Below are positions 20,686 to 28,455 of a stretch of DNA of 63,452 nt, in pieces. The stretch is taken from contig JBAROI010000095.1 in NCBI GenBank assembly GCA_049642015.1, positions 1-63,452 of the forward strand, given 5' to 3'. The DNA is from Candidatus Omnitrophota bacterium (GTDB lineage: Bacteria > Omnitrophota > Gorgyraeia > Tantalellales > Tantalellaceae). The position numbers were made by a program, and so were the translations under genes. The first letter of the stretch is position 1; every line of letters begins with the position of its first letter. The notes under the pieces were generated by a model. The model was not told the DNA's origin. It did no database searches and saw only the letters and a program-made list of their open reading frames with translations.

Positions 20686-20967
20686 TTAAATTATTTCCGT
20701 CGCGTAATCTATTATCGTTACCCTTCTGTCTTCCCGGATGGAGTTCATTATGTTATCAAGATACGCCGAGATGTGCTTGCTGCCGTTGGAAACTACCGCG
20801 ATACCGAGAGTCGACCTGCGCCATTTATCAGTATGGCCTACCTCGGCGACCGAAGCGTTGAATTCTTTCCTGACGTGGTCTTTCAGTCTCTTGAGAACTC
20901 CCCTCTTGTCCTTGAGAGAATTTCCGTCGCCCAGCAAGATCTCTACTTGCAGCAATCCTACTTTCAT
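20686..20967 (-). CDS. DUF503 (YlxP-like) protein
   Basis: 93 aa. MKVGLLQVEILLGDGNSLKDKRGVLKRLKDHVRKEFNASVAEV is the typical DUF503 pattern, and its position next to rbfA is typical. Confidence 0.75.
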   Translation of the reverse strand: MKVGLLQVEILLGDGNSLKDKRGVLKRLKDHVRKEFNASVAEVGHTDKWRRSTLGIAVVSNGSKHISAYLDNIMNSIREDRRVTIIDYATEII

Positions 20968-20969
20968 CG

Positions 20970-23624
20970 CTACTTTTTTGCCTTCTTTATCAGCTTTTTC
21001 AGGTACTGGATCTCGTTCTGTTTTGTCAGGAGCTTTTCGTCAAGTTTTTTGCACAAAACCTGGTCCAGCATCTTCTTGTACTGGGGGCCTGGTTTGATCC
21101 CTTCTTTTTTTATGTATTTTCCGGTTATTTTCAAACGCATGCCGTTGTAAGTCGTAAAGAATTTCCTGGTACGGCCACGTGCCAGCTTTGACCTGGCCTT
21201 CGCCATGATGCAGAGAGTGACTTCATGGGAGAAAGGCTCAAGCAGCTTATATATGGCGCTTGGTTTCATTTTTTCTCTCGAGGACAGTTTCCGGAGCACT
21301 CTATCCCCTTTCTCCTTGTAGGACATCACCCTCATGGCCTCGCTCCTTGTAAAAACAAATCCTTCCAATACCCCCTCGACCTGTTTTGCCGGAAGAGAAT
21401 CAAGGATGATCATGAAATTTATAAGCCACGTATCCAGCTTTCGCTTTTTGATACTGTCTTCCGAGTTATACCACTGGACGCATTTCTTTGCTTCGTCGAG
21501 TTTCTTTTTTATGGCCCTTGGCAGAACGAGGTCCGGGTGTATAAAGCGCATCTCGTGGAGCTCCCTCATCCTGAAAACCGCTTTCTCCGGGTTTTCCTCC
21601 TTGAGGATCAATATGAGTTCGTCTCTTATCCTCTGGTTTTCAGTCCTCCTGAACATCTCCTGCTTTACGGCATGCTGTATGAGGTATTCGGTATGCTTTT
21701 CGATCGCAAAGCCGAACCTTTGCTCGAACCTCACCGCCCTGAATATCCTCGTGGGGTCGTCTATAAAGCTCCTGTCGTGCAATATTTTTACTGTTCCGTT
21801 CTCCAGATCCCGCAGCCCTCCGAAAAAGTCTACGAAAAGTCCGAAATTCTTTTTATTGATATTAACGGCCATGGCGTTAATGGTGAAATCCCTGCGGTAA
21901 AGATCTTCTCTCAGGGAGCTGAACTTGACCGTAGGAAGCGCGGCGGGTTTCGCGTATACCTCTTTTCTCGCTGTCGCGATATCTATCTTAAACTTGTTGT
22001 CGGGATGAAGAGAAGGCCCGAGCCACTTCGGCCAGTCGTTGACCAGTGTCGCCGTGCCGAACTTCTTGTGAACGACAAGGCTTCCGCCTATTGTGTCACC
22101 CAGGACCCTGCCGAATTCAATGGCACTGCCTTCGACCACGATATCCAGGTCGTAATTTTTTCTGCCAAGAAGAATGTCGCGCACAAAACCTCCGACCAGG
22201 AACACGTTGATACCTCTAGTATCGGCTTCCTTTCCGATGGACATTATAAGAGCCCGGAGCTTTTTGGGAAGCATGGTCTTCATTTTCGAAGAGATATCGG
22301 CCGTCCACGCCTCGACCTTCTTTGGAAACAAAGAGCTGTGGACTTTCTTAAGCACGTCCGTTCGGGAAACGAGCCCGACCAACTTATTATCCTTGTCAAT
22401 GACCGGTATGCGCCCCTTGTCCTGCTCCAGCATGATGTTTTGCAGCACGTAAAGCGGCGCGTCGGGGTTTACTGTCACCACTTTTGAGGACATGTACCCT
22501 TTCACCCGCGAGTGGCCCATGCCGTGCTTAAAGGCTTTTTTAAGATCTCCTAAAGTCACGATCCCTACGAGCTTTCCGTCTTCATCGAGGACGGGCGCCC
22601 CTTTATATCCGAGCTGGTTCAGCTTTTTCCAGACGTCATTTATCTTCTCTTCCTGCGAAACGGTTTTTACCGGGAAGGACATAATGTGCCTGGCTTTGAT
22701 CTCAGGCTGGATGACTTTTTCGAGCCCCTGGATTATTTTCTTGCGGATCTGGCCGGGCGACTCCCCGGCAAGCCTGACACTGGCTGCACTGGAATGGCCC
22801 GCTCCGCCGAAATGCGAGAGAAGCTTGTTAACGTCTATGCTTTCCAGGCGGCTCCGGGCAAGCATCTTCACCTTGTCCCCGTATTTGAACATCACGAAAA
22901 GAACGGGATAATTATCTACCTCCTGCAGTTTATGGACCACGGTGCCCATCTCCCCGTCAAAATGTTCCGGCTCTATCAGTGAAAAAGCGATATTAACCCC
23001 GTTCACGTTGACTATGTCGGTAGATTCCAGGAGCTTAATAAGCGCCGTAAGCTCATCCTCTGAAAGCTCCCTGTTGAGATAAGACGACACTGAATTCAGG
23101 TTGGCGCCCTGCTCAAGCAGCTTACTCACAACGTCGATGTCAAGCTTGGTCGTCGTCCTGTAAGAAAGGTATCCCGTCTCTTCATAAATACCGAGAAGCA
23201 TCAGGGTCGCCTCAAGGGGCGTCAGTGAGAGCTTCCCTTTTTTTATCAATCTTTCAAGGAGGATCGTAACGGTAGCGCCGACTTCTTTGAAGACGTCTTT
23301 GTCCGCTTTTATGTCGAATCTGGTGCGCGGGTGGTGATCGTAAATGTGCACTTTCATCCCTTTTTTGCCTAAAAGCGCCGCGGTGTCACCGATCCGGGAC
23401 TTATGGCGGTTGTCCACGATTATGAGCCGCTTAACATCGTCCATCCGGCAGGTCTTTTCGCTCTCGATCTTTATCTTGTCCTTAAAGAGCGCCATGAACT
23501 TCCGGACCGCTTTTTCCTGGGAACCCGGGAGCAAAAGACGCGCCTTTGGATAAAGCTTCTTGGCCGCGACCAGCGAGCTTAAAGCGTCAAAATCAGCGTT
23601 TTTATGCGTAACTATTAGGTCCAT
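20970..23624 (-). CDS. DHH-DHHA1 + CBS pair + poly(A) polymerase / CCA-adding tRNA nucleotidyltransferase fusion
   Basis: 884 aa. THKNADFDALSS, IYDHHP, GGAGHSSAAS. Two CBS units (GAPVLDEDGKLVGIVTLGDL; IPVIDKDNKLVGLVSRTDV). Nucleotidyltransferase head LVGGFVRDILLGRKNYDLDIVVEG, RDFTINAMAV. Confidence 0.85.
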   Translation of the reverse strand: MDLIVTHKNADFDALSSLVAAKKLYPKARLLLPGSQEKAVRKFMALFKDKIKIESEKTCRMDDVKRLIIVDNRHKSRIGDTAALLGKKGMKVHIYDHHPRTRFDIKADKDVFKEVGATVTILLERLIKKGKLSLTPLEATLMLLGIYEETGYLSYRTTTKLDIDVVSKLLEQGANLNSVSSYLNRELSEDELTALIKLLESTDIVNVNGVNIAFSLIEPEHFDGEMGTVVHKLQEVDNYPVLFVMFKYGDKVKMLARSRLESIDVNKLLSHFGGAGHSSAASVRLAGESPGQIRKKIIQGLEKVIQPEIKARHIMSFPVKTVSQEEKINDVWKKLNQLGYKGAPVLDEDGKLVGIVTLGDLKKAFKHGMGHSRVKGYMSSKVVTVNPDAPLYVLQNIMLEQDKGRIPVIDKDNKLVGLVSRTDVLKKVHSSLFPKKVEAWTADISSKMKTMLPKKLRALIMSIGKEADTRGINVFLVGGFVRDILLGRKNYDLDIVVEGSAIEFGRVLGDTIGGSLVVHKKFGTATLVNDWPKWLGPSLHPDNKFKIDIATARKEVYAKPAALPTVKFSSLREDLYRRDFTINAMAVNINKKNFGLFVDFFGGLRDLENGTVKILHDRSFIDDPTRIFRAVRFEQRFGFAIEKHTEYLIQHAVKQEMFRRTENQRIRDELILILKEENPEKAVFRMRELHEMRFIHPDLVLPRAIKKKLDEAKKCVQWYNSEDSIKKRKLDTWLINFMIILDSLPAKQVEGVLEGFVFTRSEAMRVMSYKEKGDRVLRKLSSREKMKPSAIYKLLEPFSHEVTLCIMAKARSKLARGRTRKFFTTYNGMRLKITGKYIKKEGIKPGPQYKKMLDQVLCKKLDEKLLTKQNEIQYLKKLIKKAKK

Positions 23625-24508
23625 TATGCTCTTGGATGATATTTATCGTGCACTTTCCTAAGCTTGTCCTTATTAATATGCGTATAGATCTGAGTCGTCG
23701 ATATGTCCGCGTGACCCAGCATTTCCTGGACTCCCCTGAGTTCGGCGCCGCCTTCAAGAAGATGCGTGGCGAAAGAATGTCTCAGCGTATGAGGCGTTAT
23801 GTGTTTCTTTATCCCCGTCTCTTTCGAGTATTTCCGGATCATCTTCCAGATGCTTTGCCGCGAAAGGCTTTTGCCCAGCTTAGACAAAAACAAATGTTCA
23901 TCCCCGGTCCTTTTGGACAGTTTCTGCCGCGCGGACTCCAGGTACTTCTCAATGGCTTTTTTCGCTACGCTTCCCAGCGGAACTATCCTTTCCTTCCCGC
24001 CTTTTCCGGAACACTTCACGAACCCAGCTTCAAGATTAACGTTCGTCTTTCTCAAGTCCTTGACTTCAGAAACCCTTAGCCCCGTGGCATACATGAGCTC
24101 GAGTATGGCCCTGTCCCTGATACCGGCCGCTCCCTTGCGGGGAGGCGCGTCCAGGAGTTTTTCAACTTCCTGCCTGTTGAGCACATCGGGGATCGTCTTC
24201 CAGGTTTTCGGCGTCTCGATCACAGCGGCAATGTTTTCCGGGACAATGTGTTCCATTACGAGGAACTTCCAGAACGTCTTCAGGGAAGCCAGATTCCTGG
24301 CGATAGTCCCTGCCGAAAGACCTTTTTGCTTTAAATCCTTCATGAAACCGGTTACATCGTCCCGGCTGACATCGCTTATGTCTTTCTTTATCTTGCGGAT
24401 ATAATTTATGAACTTCTTGATGTCCCTGCGGTAGGACTGGATGGTGTTCGGGCTGACCCCGCGCTCAACTTCCATGAAATCTATGAATTGATCGATATAT
24501 TCTTCCAT
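23624..24508 (-). CDS. XerC/XerD-type site-specific tyrosine recombinase
   Basis: 294 aa. N-terminal SAM-like domain (VERGVSPNTIQSYRRDI). Catalytic region GLRVSE, GKGGKERIVPL, HTLRHSFATHLLEGGAELRGVQEMLGHADISTTQIYTH, ending in HPRA. Confidence 0.88.
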   Translation of the reverse strand: MEEYIDQFIDFMEVERGVSPNTIQSYRRDIKKFINYIRKIKKDISDVSRDDVTGFMKDLKQKGLSAGTIARNLASLKTFWKFLVMEHIVPENIAAVIETPKTWKTIPDVLNRQEVEKLLDAPPRKGAAGIRDRAILELMYATGLRVSEVKDLRKTNVNLEAGFVKCSGKGGKERIVPLGSVAKKAIEKYLESARQKLSKRTGDEHLFLSKLGKSLSRQSIWKMIRKYSKETGIKKHITPHTLRHSFATHLLEGGAELRGVQEMLGHADISTTQIYTHINKDKLRKVHDKYHPRA

Positions 24509-24517
24509 AGCCGTGCA

Positions 24518-25144
24518 CTATAAAAAAGGATTACTCTTTCTCTCATGCCCTATGGTCGTCTCCGGGCCATGGCCGGGAAACACGCGCACAAAATCCGGCA
24601 GCGCCATGAGTTTTTCATTGATCGACCTGAACAATGCTTCATGATCGCCGCCCGGGCAATCGGTCCGCCCTACTCCTTCGAAGAAAAGCGTATCACCGCT
24701 GAAGAGAAAAGAATCCAATTTTACCGATATACCTCCCGGGGTGTGTCCCGGTGTATGCATAACTTCAAAAATAAGACTGCCTACCACTACGTCGTCGCCG
24801 TCCTTAAGGAGCCGCTCGGTCTTTACCGGCTTCATGACCTCGTTCAGCCAGCCCGCGAGGTTCTTTTCACCGTCCCGGAGATAGGGCTCGTCCAGCTCGT
24901 GTATCAATACCGGATAACCGAAACCCGAATCGCCGAAAATGTGATCAGCGTGCCCGTGCGTGTTCAGGGTATAAAGAACGTCAATATTGTTATCCCGGAT
25001 ATATTTGACAACATCCGGGTCATAGACGCCGGGGTCGATGAGCAGGCCCTTAAGCGAACTCCTCTCATGAATGACATAACAATTTGTTTCCAGCGGTCCT
25101 ACTACGAACTTGCTGATCACAGCATTATTCTCTTCTAAAATCAT
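24518..25144 (-). CDS. MBL-fold metallo-hydrolase (glyoxalase II-like)
   Basis: 208 aa. NTHGHADHIFG, HTPGHTPGG, and a C-terminal GHG. Confidence 0.85.
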   Translation of the reverse strand: MILEENNAVISKFVVGPLETNCYVIHERSSLKGLLIDPGVYDPDVVKYIRDNNIDVLYTLNTHGHADHIFGDSGFGYPVLIHELDEPYLRDGEKNLAGWLNEVMKPVKTERLLKDGDDVVVGSLIFEVMHTPGHTPGGISVKLDSFLFSGDTLFFEGVGRTDCPGGDHEALFRSINEKLMALPDFVRVFPGHGPETTIGHERKSNPFL

Positions 25145-25622
25145 CCCTTATGAATCCCTGCACCTTCGTATATGAAAACTCTCTTTTTATCTCCCTGCCC
25201 ACTGATTCGATCTTTCTTCTCAACCTGACCCTGTTCGCCCCGGTGATCCTCTGGGTCTTGATCGTATCCTCTACGCCTACCATCTGGTCTATAAGTTTTT
25301 GCAGCTCGTCTCCTTTTTCGTCCACCAGCATCCCTTTCATGTCGTAGAGGTTCGAAACGAGCTGTTCCGCGGCAACGACTTTCTTCTTGTGGCTGTCTTC
25401 GGGAAGAACTTCTAAAAGCTCTCTCTGCCAGTTTTTCCAGAAAATATATCTTTTTGTATAAAGCTCTATGTTCGGATGAACGTCGTACTGCCTTACGACC
25501 TGATAGCGCCTGGTCTCCTTCTCTTCATCTTTGGGCTTCCTTACGAATTTCTCCCTAACTGAAGCGCATCCGGAGACCAAAAACGCTAACGACAGGATCA
25601 CGGCCATTATCTTGATTTTCAT
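25125..25622 (-). CDS. hypothetical lipoprotein
   Basis: Signal peptide with lipobox MKIKIMAVILSLAFLVSGC|AS. I prefer the ATG at 25622, behind RBS GAAGGAAGGG, over the listed TTG at 25640. No recognisable family. Confidence 0.6.
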   Translation of the reverse strand: MKIKIMAVILSLAFLVSGCASVREKFVRKPKDEEKETRRYQVVRQYDVHPNIELYTKRYIFWKNWQRELLEVLPEDSHKKKVVAAEQLVSNLYDMKGMLVDEKGDELQKLIDQMVGVEDTIKTQRITGANRVRLRRKIESVGREIKREFSYTKVQGFIRDDFRRE

Positions 25623-25650
25623 ATTTTTCCCTTCCTTCAATGAGTATGCA

Positions 25651-25773
25651 ACTTATGGAACGCCAGTGAACATAAGTCGCTGTGCGAATTGAACCCCACA
25701 CCCAGTGTATCACAAAAATAGCATACTGGGTGTGGGGTAAATTCAGCCATCGAACTTACGTCCCGTAAGTTCG
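25651..25773. repeat. triple-hairpin intergenic repeat, copy 1
   Basis: Hairpin A ACTTATG/CATAAGT (25651-25677). Hairpin B CCCCACACCCAGT/ACTGGGTGTGGGG (25694-25706 / 25725-25737). Hairpin C CGAACTTAC/GTAAGTTCG (25751-25773). Homologous to 27228..27362. Confidence 0.8.
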
Positions 25774-25781
25774 GGCTTCAT

Positions 25782-26507
25782 TTACCTCCCGAACGCAAGC
25801 CGCTCGGCCAGCATCCTGGGAAGACCGGCATCAATGATCTTTTTCTGCGCGGTTTCTATGTCGTACTCTACCCTGCGAAGCTCGACCTCTTCCTTGCCGG
25901 AGTCGTACACACAGTAACACGCGCGCCAGTCACCGTCACGCGGCTGTCCTACGCTACCCACGTTTATTATATATTTTGCCTCTTTTTTCAGTTTGACTTT
26001 ATTTTTAAAAGACAGGTCCACCCTCCCGTCTTCAAGCGAAAAAACGGCAGGAACGTGGGAATGGCCCACAAAACATATTTTCTTTTCCAGGACCTCAAAA
26101 GTCCGCGTCGCCTCTACGTTGGTCAGCATGTACCTGAAATCCCCCGGGTCATGCAGCGTGCCGTGGACCATAGTAAAAGAAGGCTCTTCATGTATCAGCG
26201 GCAAACTTTCAATGTACGCGTTACCGTCCGGCGTCAGCTGCTTCATTGTCCAGCGGACGGCTTCCGCGGCGCTCCTGTTAAAGATAGAGATGTCCGTTTG
26301 TCCGAGCGCGGCGGACTCATGGTTGCCTTTGATGCTCGGAGCCCCGAGAGATATTACTTTATCGATACATTCGTTGGGATTGGCCCCGTAACCGACGATA
26401 TCTCCCGCGCATAACAGCTTTTTATCCTTCGCGTCTGGCATGGACTTTACCGCGGCATCAAACGCCTCAAGGTTTCCGTGGACATCTGAGAAAATTATAT
26501 AAATCAT
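25782..26507 (-). CDS. metallophosphoesterase (YfcE / MJ0936-like)
   Basis: SDVHGN, GDIVGYG, GNHE, GHSH motifs. The start is set at MIYIIFSDVHGN (ATG 26507). The listed 39-codon N-terminal extension runs into the tRNA-fragment region and looks spurious. Confidence 0.85.
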   Translation of the reverse strand: MIYIIFSDVHGNLEAFDAAVKSMPDAKDKKLLCAGDIVGYGANPNECIDKVISLGAPSIKGNHESAALGQTDISIFNRSAAEAVRWTMKQLTPDGNAYIESLPLIHEEPSFTMVHGTLHDPGDFRYMLTNVEATRTFEVLEKKICFVGHSHVPAVFSLEDGRVDLSFKNKVKLKKEAKYIINVGSVGQPRDGDWRACYCVYDSGKEEVELRRVEYDIETAQKKIIDAGLPRMLAERLAFGR

Positions 26508-26525
26508 GGTTGGAGGATCTATAAA

Positions 26526-26562
26526 TGGTCGGGGCGCTGGGATTTGGCGCCTCCGTCCCGCA
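26526..26562 (-). pseudogene. decayed copy of the 3' half of tRNA-Pro(CGG)
   Basis: 26526-26546 (TGGTCGGGGCGCTGGGATTTG) is identical to 26728-26748. The upstream part, GCGCCTCCGTCCCGC, still aligns with the variable and anticodon arm (CCTCCACGTCCCGAA) but has a deletion in the T arm. There is no 5' half. Confidence 0.75.
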
Positions 26563-26727
26563 AAACATTTCTTTAGCTGCGACCTTCGTCTTGCTAAAGA
26601 AATTGCGTGACTCCGGTCGGCCATCCGCCGCCTCGGTGGTGGTCGTCTCCTCGCCAGTTCGGAGACTTCCTAGATTAAAGACTCAGCGGCTCCCTTCAAA
26701 TCCCACGCTTATTCCGTTTTAGACAAC

Positions 26728-26805
26728 TGGTCGGGGCGCTGGGATTTGAACCCAGGACCTCCACGTCCCGAACGTGGCGCGCTAGCCAAGCTGCGCTACG
26801 CCCCG
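26728..26805 (-). tRNA. tRNA-Pro (anticodon CGG), CCA encoded
   Basis: Minus-strand read: CGGGGCG TA GCGC AGCTTGGCTA GCGC G CCACG TTCGGGA CGTGG AGGTC CTGGG TTCAAAT CCCAG CGCCCCG A CCA. This folds as a full cloverleaf. Confidence 0.93.
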
Positions 26806-26858
26806 AAGAATCACGCTATATTATCATTATAATAAAACAGCGTCAACGAATAATCGTT

Positions 26859-27203
26859 TTAATAGATCTCTTTCTGTAAAAAGAATTCCGGGTCTGTAAG
26901 TATCGGCTTATAGTCACTCGGAAAAGGTATGGGAAATGTGGCGATCTCGTATACGCCTACCACAGCCCTTTTTACAATATTATACGTGCCTTGAAGGACG
27001 CCCCATGTGAGTCCGGCGAACATACCGTATTCATCCTTTATATCCCCTATCCCCTTTGTGAGCTCAAACGGACAGGTTAAGACATTTGCTACGCCCCTGC
27101 CCAGCTTCTCTATGGGACCTTTGGTGATATCATCGGCATGCGCACAGACCGGGACAGAAAAGATCAGTCCGGCAACGACCAGTAACGAAATAAGCTTTTT
27201 CAT
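26859..27203 (-). CDS. secreted small protein, TIGR04073-like (exosortase-system-associated family)
   Basis: Signal peptide MKKLISLLVVAGLIFSVPVCAHA, KLGRGVANVLTCPFEL, GVYEIATFPIPFP...PEF. I prefer the ATG at 27203, behind RBS GAAGGGGG. The family call is from memory. Confidence 0.6.
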   Translation of the reverse strand: MKKLISLLVVAGLIFSVPVCAHADDITKGPIEKLGRGVANVLTCPFELTKGIGDIKDEYGMFAGLTWGVLQGTYNIVKRAVVGVYEIATFPIPFPSDYKPILTDPEFFLQKEIY

Positions 27204-27227
27204 TTTACCCCCTTCTTTAATGAGACC

Positions 27228-27362
27228 ATAACTTATGTGCCATAAGGCGCGTAAGTTATTTGGTCGAATTAAACCCCACATCCAGTATATCATATTTATA
27301 CTTTACTGGGTGTGGGGTAAAGTTCGGACATACAACTTACGTTCGTTTCCTCCGTAAGTTGT
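27228..27362. repeat. triple-hairpin intergenic repeat, copy 2
   Basis: Hairpin A' ATAACTTA/TAAGTTAT (27228-27259). Hairpin B' CCCCACATCCAGT/ACTGGGTGTGGGG (27274-27286 / 27305-27317). Hairpin C' ACAACTTACG/CGTAAGTTGT (27332-27362). Confidence 0.8.
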
Positions 27363-27370
27363 GTCCTCAC

Positions 27371-27997
27371 TTAAAATCCTTTATCCCTAAGCATATCCTC
27401 TGTGATCGGATTTTTCAACTTTTTTTTCTCGGCATACTTGCCCATCATGTCAAACTCCACATTAACATAATCTCCGGCTTTTTTCAATTTTAACGTGGTA
27501 TTTTCAAGCGTATGGGGTATCAGGAATATCCTGAAGGACCCGCCGTGCAGCTCTCCAATGGTGAGACTTACCCCGTCAACAGCTACGGCACCCTTCGAAA
27601 CCAGGTATTTTTCATCACCGGAAAGAGCAGAGATATCGATCGCCCATCCTTTTGCGGTCTTCGTGTTGCCTTTTATCGCGCGCTCCCCGTCAACGTGGCC
27701 GGTCACCATGTGTCCGCTGACCTTATCGCCCATCCTTAAAGCGTCTTCCAGGTTGACGGCGTCACCGGCCTTCAACCTTTTAAGGTTAGTCGTGTCGAAG
27801 GTGTTTTTTACGACGTCAAAAGTAACGCTCCCGGAGTCGCTGCTTACCGCACTCAGGCATACACCATTAGCGGCAACGCTGTCACCGGCCTGAACGTCCT
27901 TGTTCACATCCGCGCACGCTACCTGTAGCGAAAAGGAGGATCCTTTGCGCGTTATTTTTTTGACCTTACCTATCTCTTTTATTATCCCCGTAAACAT
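27371..27997 (-). CDS. ribE: riboflavin synthase (alpha chain)
   Basis: 208 aa. MFTGIIKEIGKV, GDSVAANGVCLS, and the second-half repeat GVSLTIGEL. Confidence 0.92.
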   Translation of the reverse strand: MFTGIIKEIGKVKKITRKGSSFSLQVACADVNKDVQAGDSVAANGVCLSAVSSDSGSVTFDVVKNTFDTTNLKRLKAGDAVNLEDALRMGDKVSGHMVTGHVDGERAIKGNTKTAKGWAIDISALSGDEKYLVSKGAVAVDGVSLTIGELHGGSFRIFLIPHTLENTTLKLKKAGDYVNVEFDMMGKYAEKKKLKNPITEDMLRDKGF

Positions 27998-28011
27998 ATC
28001 AACCTCTACGT

Positions 28012-28447
28012 GTCATTCCGAGCGAACAAAGCAAACAATATATGTCATTCCGAGCGACCCCGGGCGAAGGCCCGGGGGAGTCGAGGAATCTAAACTATAG
28101 TTCCGTACAAATCCTTCCATTCGGGATTCATTTTAGTTATCAATTTTTGCTTCTTCTCTCTTCTCCAATTTTTTAATTGCTTTTCTCTGCTTATGGCGCT
28201 TTCAACATCTTTTGTAATCTCATAATATACTAATTTTTTCGTTTTATATTTTGCTGAAAAGCCTTCAATCAATTCATTTTTATGTTCATATACCCTTTTT
28301 ACTAAATCGCTCGTTACTCCGATATATAATACCTTACTATAACTGCACATCATATATACGTAATATTGTTTCATCTCAGATCCCTCGACTCGCTTCGCTC
28401 GCTCGGGATGACAACAGCTTTGACCCATTTCGCTCGCTCGGGATGAC
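28012..28447 (-). mobile_element. GIY-YIG mini-cassette bounded by nested inverted repeats
   Basis: GTCATTCCGAGCGA occurs at 28012-28025 and 28044-28057, opposed by TCGCTCGGGATGAC at 28399-28412 and 28434-28447. The inner pair is GAGTCGAGGAATC (28078-28090) versus GATCCCTCGACTC (28379-28391). A perfect 8-bp GAAG-tetraloop hairpin lies at 28058-28077. The cassette fills the ribD-ribE spacer. Confidence 0.6.
28090..28374 (-). CDS. GIY-YIG (URI-domain, COG2827-like) nuclease family protein
   Basis: YYVYMMCSYSKVLYIGVTSDLVKRVYEH ... REKQLKNW. I prefer the start at MKQYYVY (28374). The listed upstream extension (CCHPERAKRVEGS) is a translation of the flanking repeat. Confidence 0.8.
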   Translation of the reverse strand: MKQYYVYMMCSYSKVLYIGVTSDLVKRVYEHKNELIEGFSAKYKTKKLVYYEITKDVESAISREKQLKNWRREKKQKLITKMNPEWKDLYGTIV

Positions 28448-28455
28448 AATAACTT

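Noticed and set aside
21225-22487. A 420-aa plus-strand ORF, and similar long antisense ORFs (for example 12512..13423, 33019..33879, 47294..48079, 28481..29074, 30292..30876).
   Set aside because: All lie entirely inside well-supported minus-strand genes (CCA enzyme, ftsK, groEL, the giant ORF, ribD, nusB/PHP). Their translations are low-complexity or Ser/Pro/Arg/Phe-rich with no motifs. They are shadow ORFs.
23624-24508. The tyrosine recombinase considered as the integrase of an island at the tRNA-Pro scar.
   Set aside because: Its sequence is a typical chromosomal XerC/XerD (SAM-like N-domain, the RHSFATHLL...GHADISTTQIYTH box, an HPRA terminus). It lies 2 kb away, separated by housekeeping-type genes, and is not adjacent to either repeat.
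26508-26624. N-terminal extensions of listed ORFs (25782..26624, 26859..27293, 28090..28449, 55840..56916, 8141..8377, 60364..61983, 61952..63235).
   Set aside because: The extensions run through repeat, tRNA-fragment or upstream coding DNA, and they lack similarity to the protein families. Internal ATGs with good Shine-Dalgarno sequences give canonical N-termini.
26526-26727. The possibility that the tRNA-like 3' end plus 180 nt is a tmRNA or another tRNA-like structured RNA.
   Set aside because: There is no complementary 5' acceptor strand (no CGGGGCG upstream on the minus strand). The T arm carries a deletion. There is no Ala-type acceptor and no recognisable tag reading frame. Only about 200 nt are available. 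A decayed att-type duplication explains it better.
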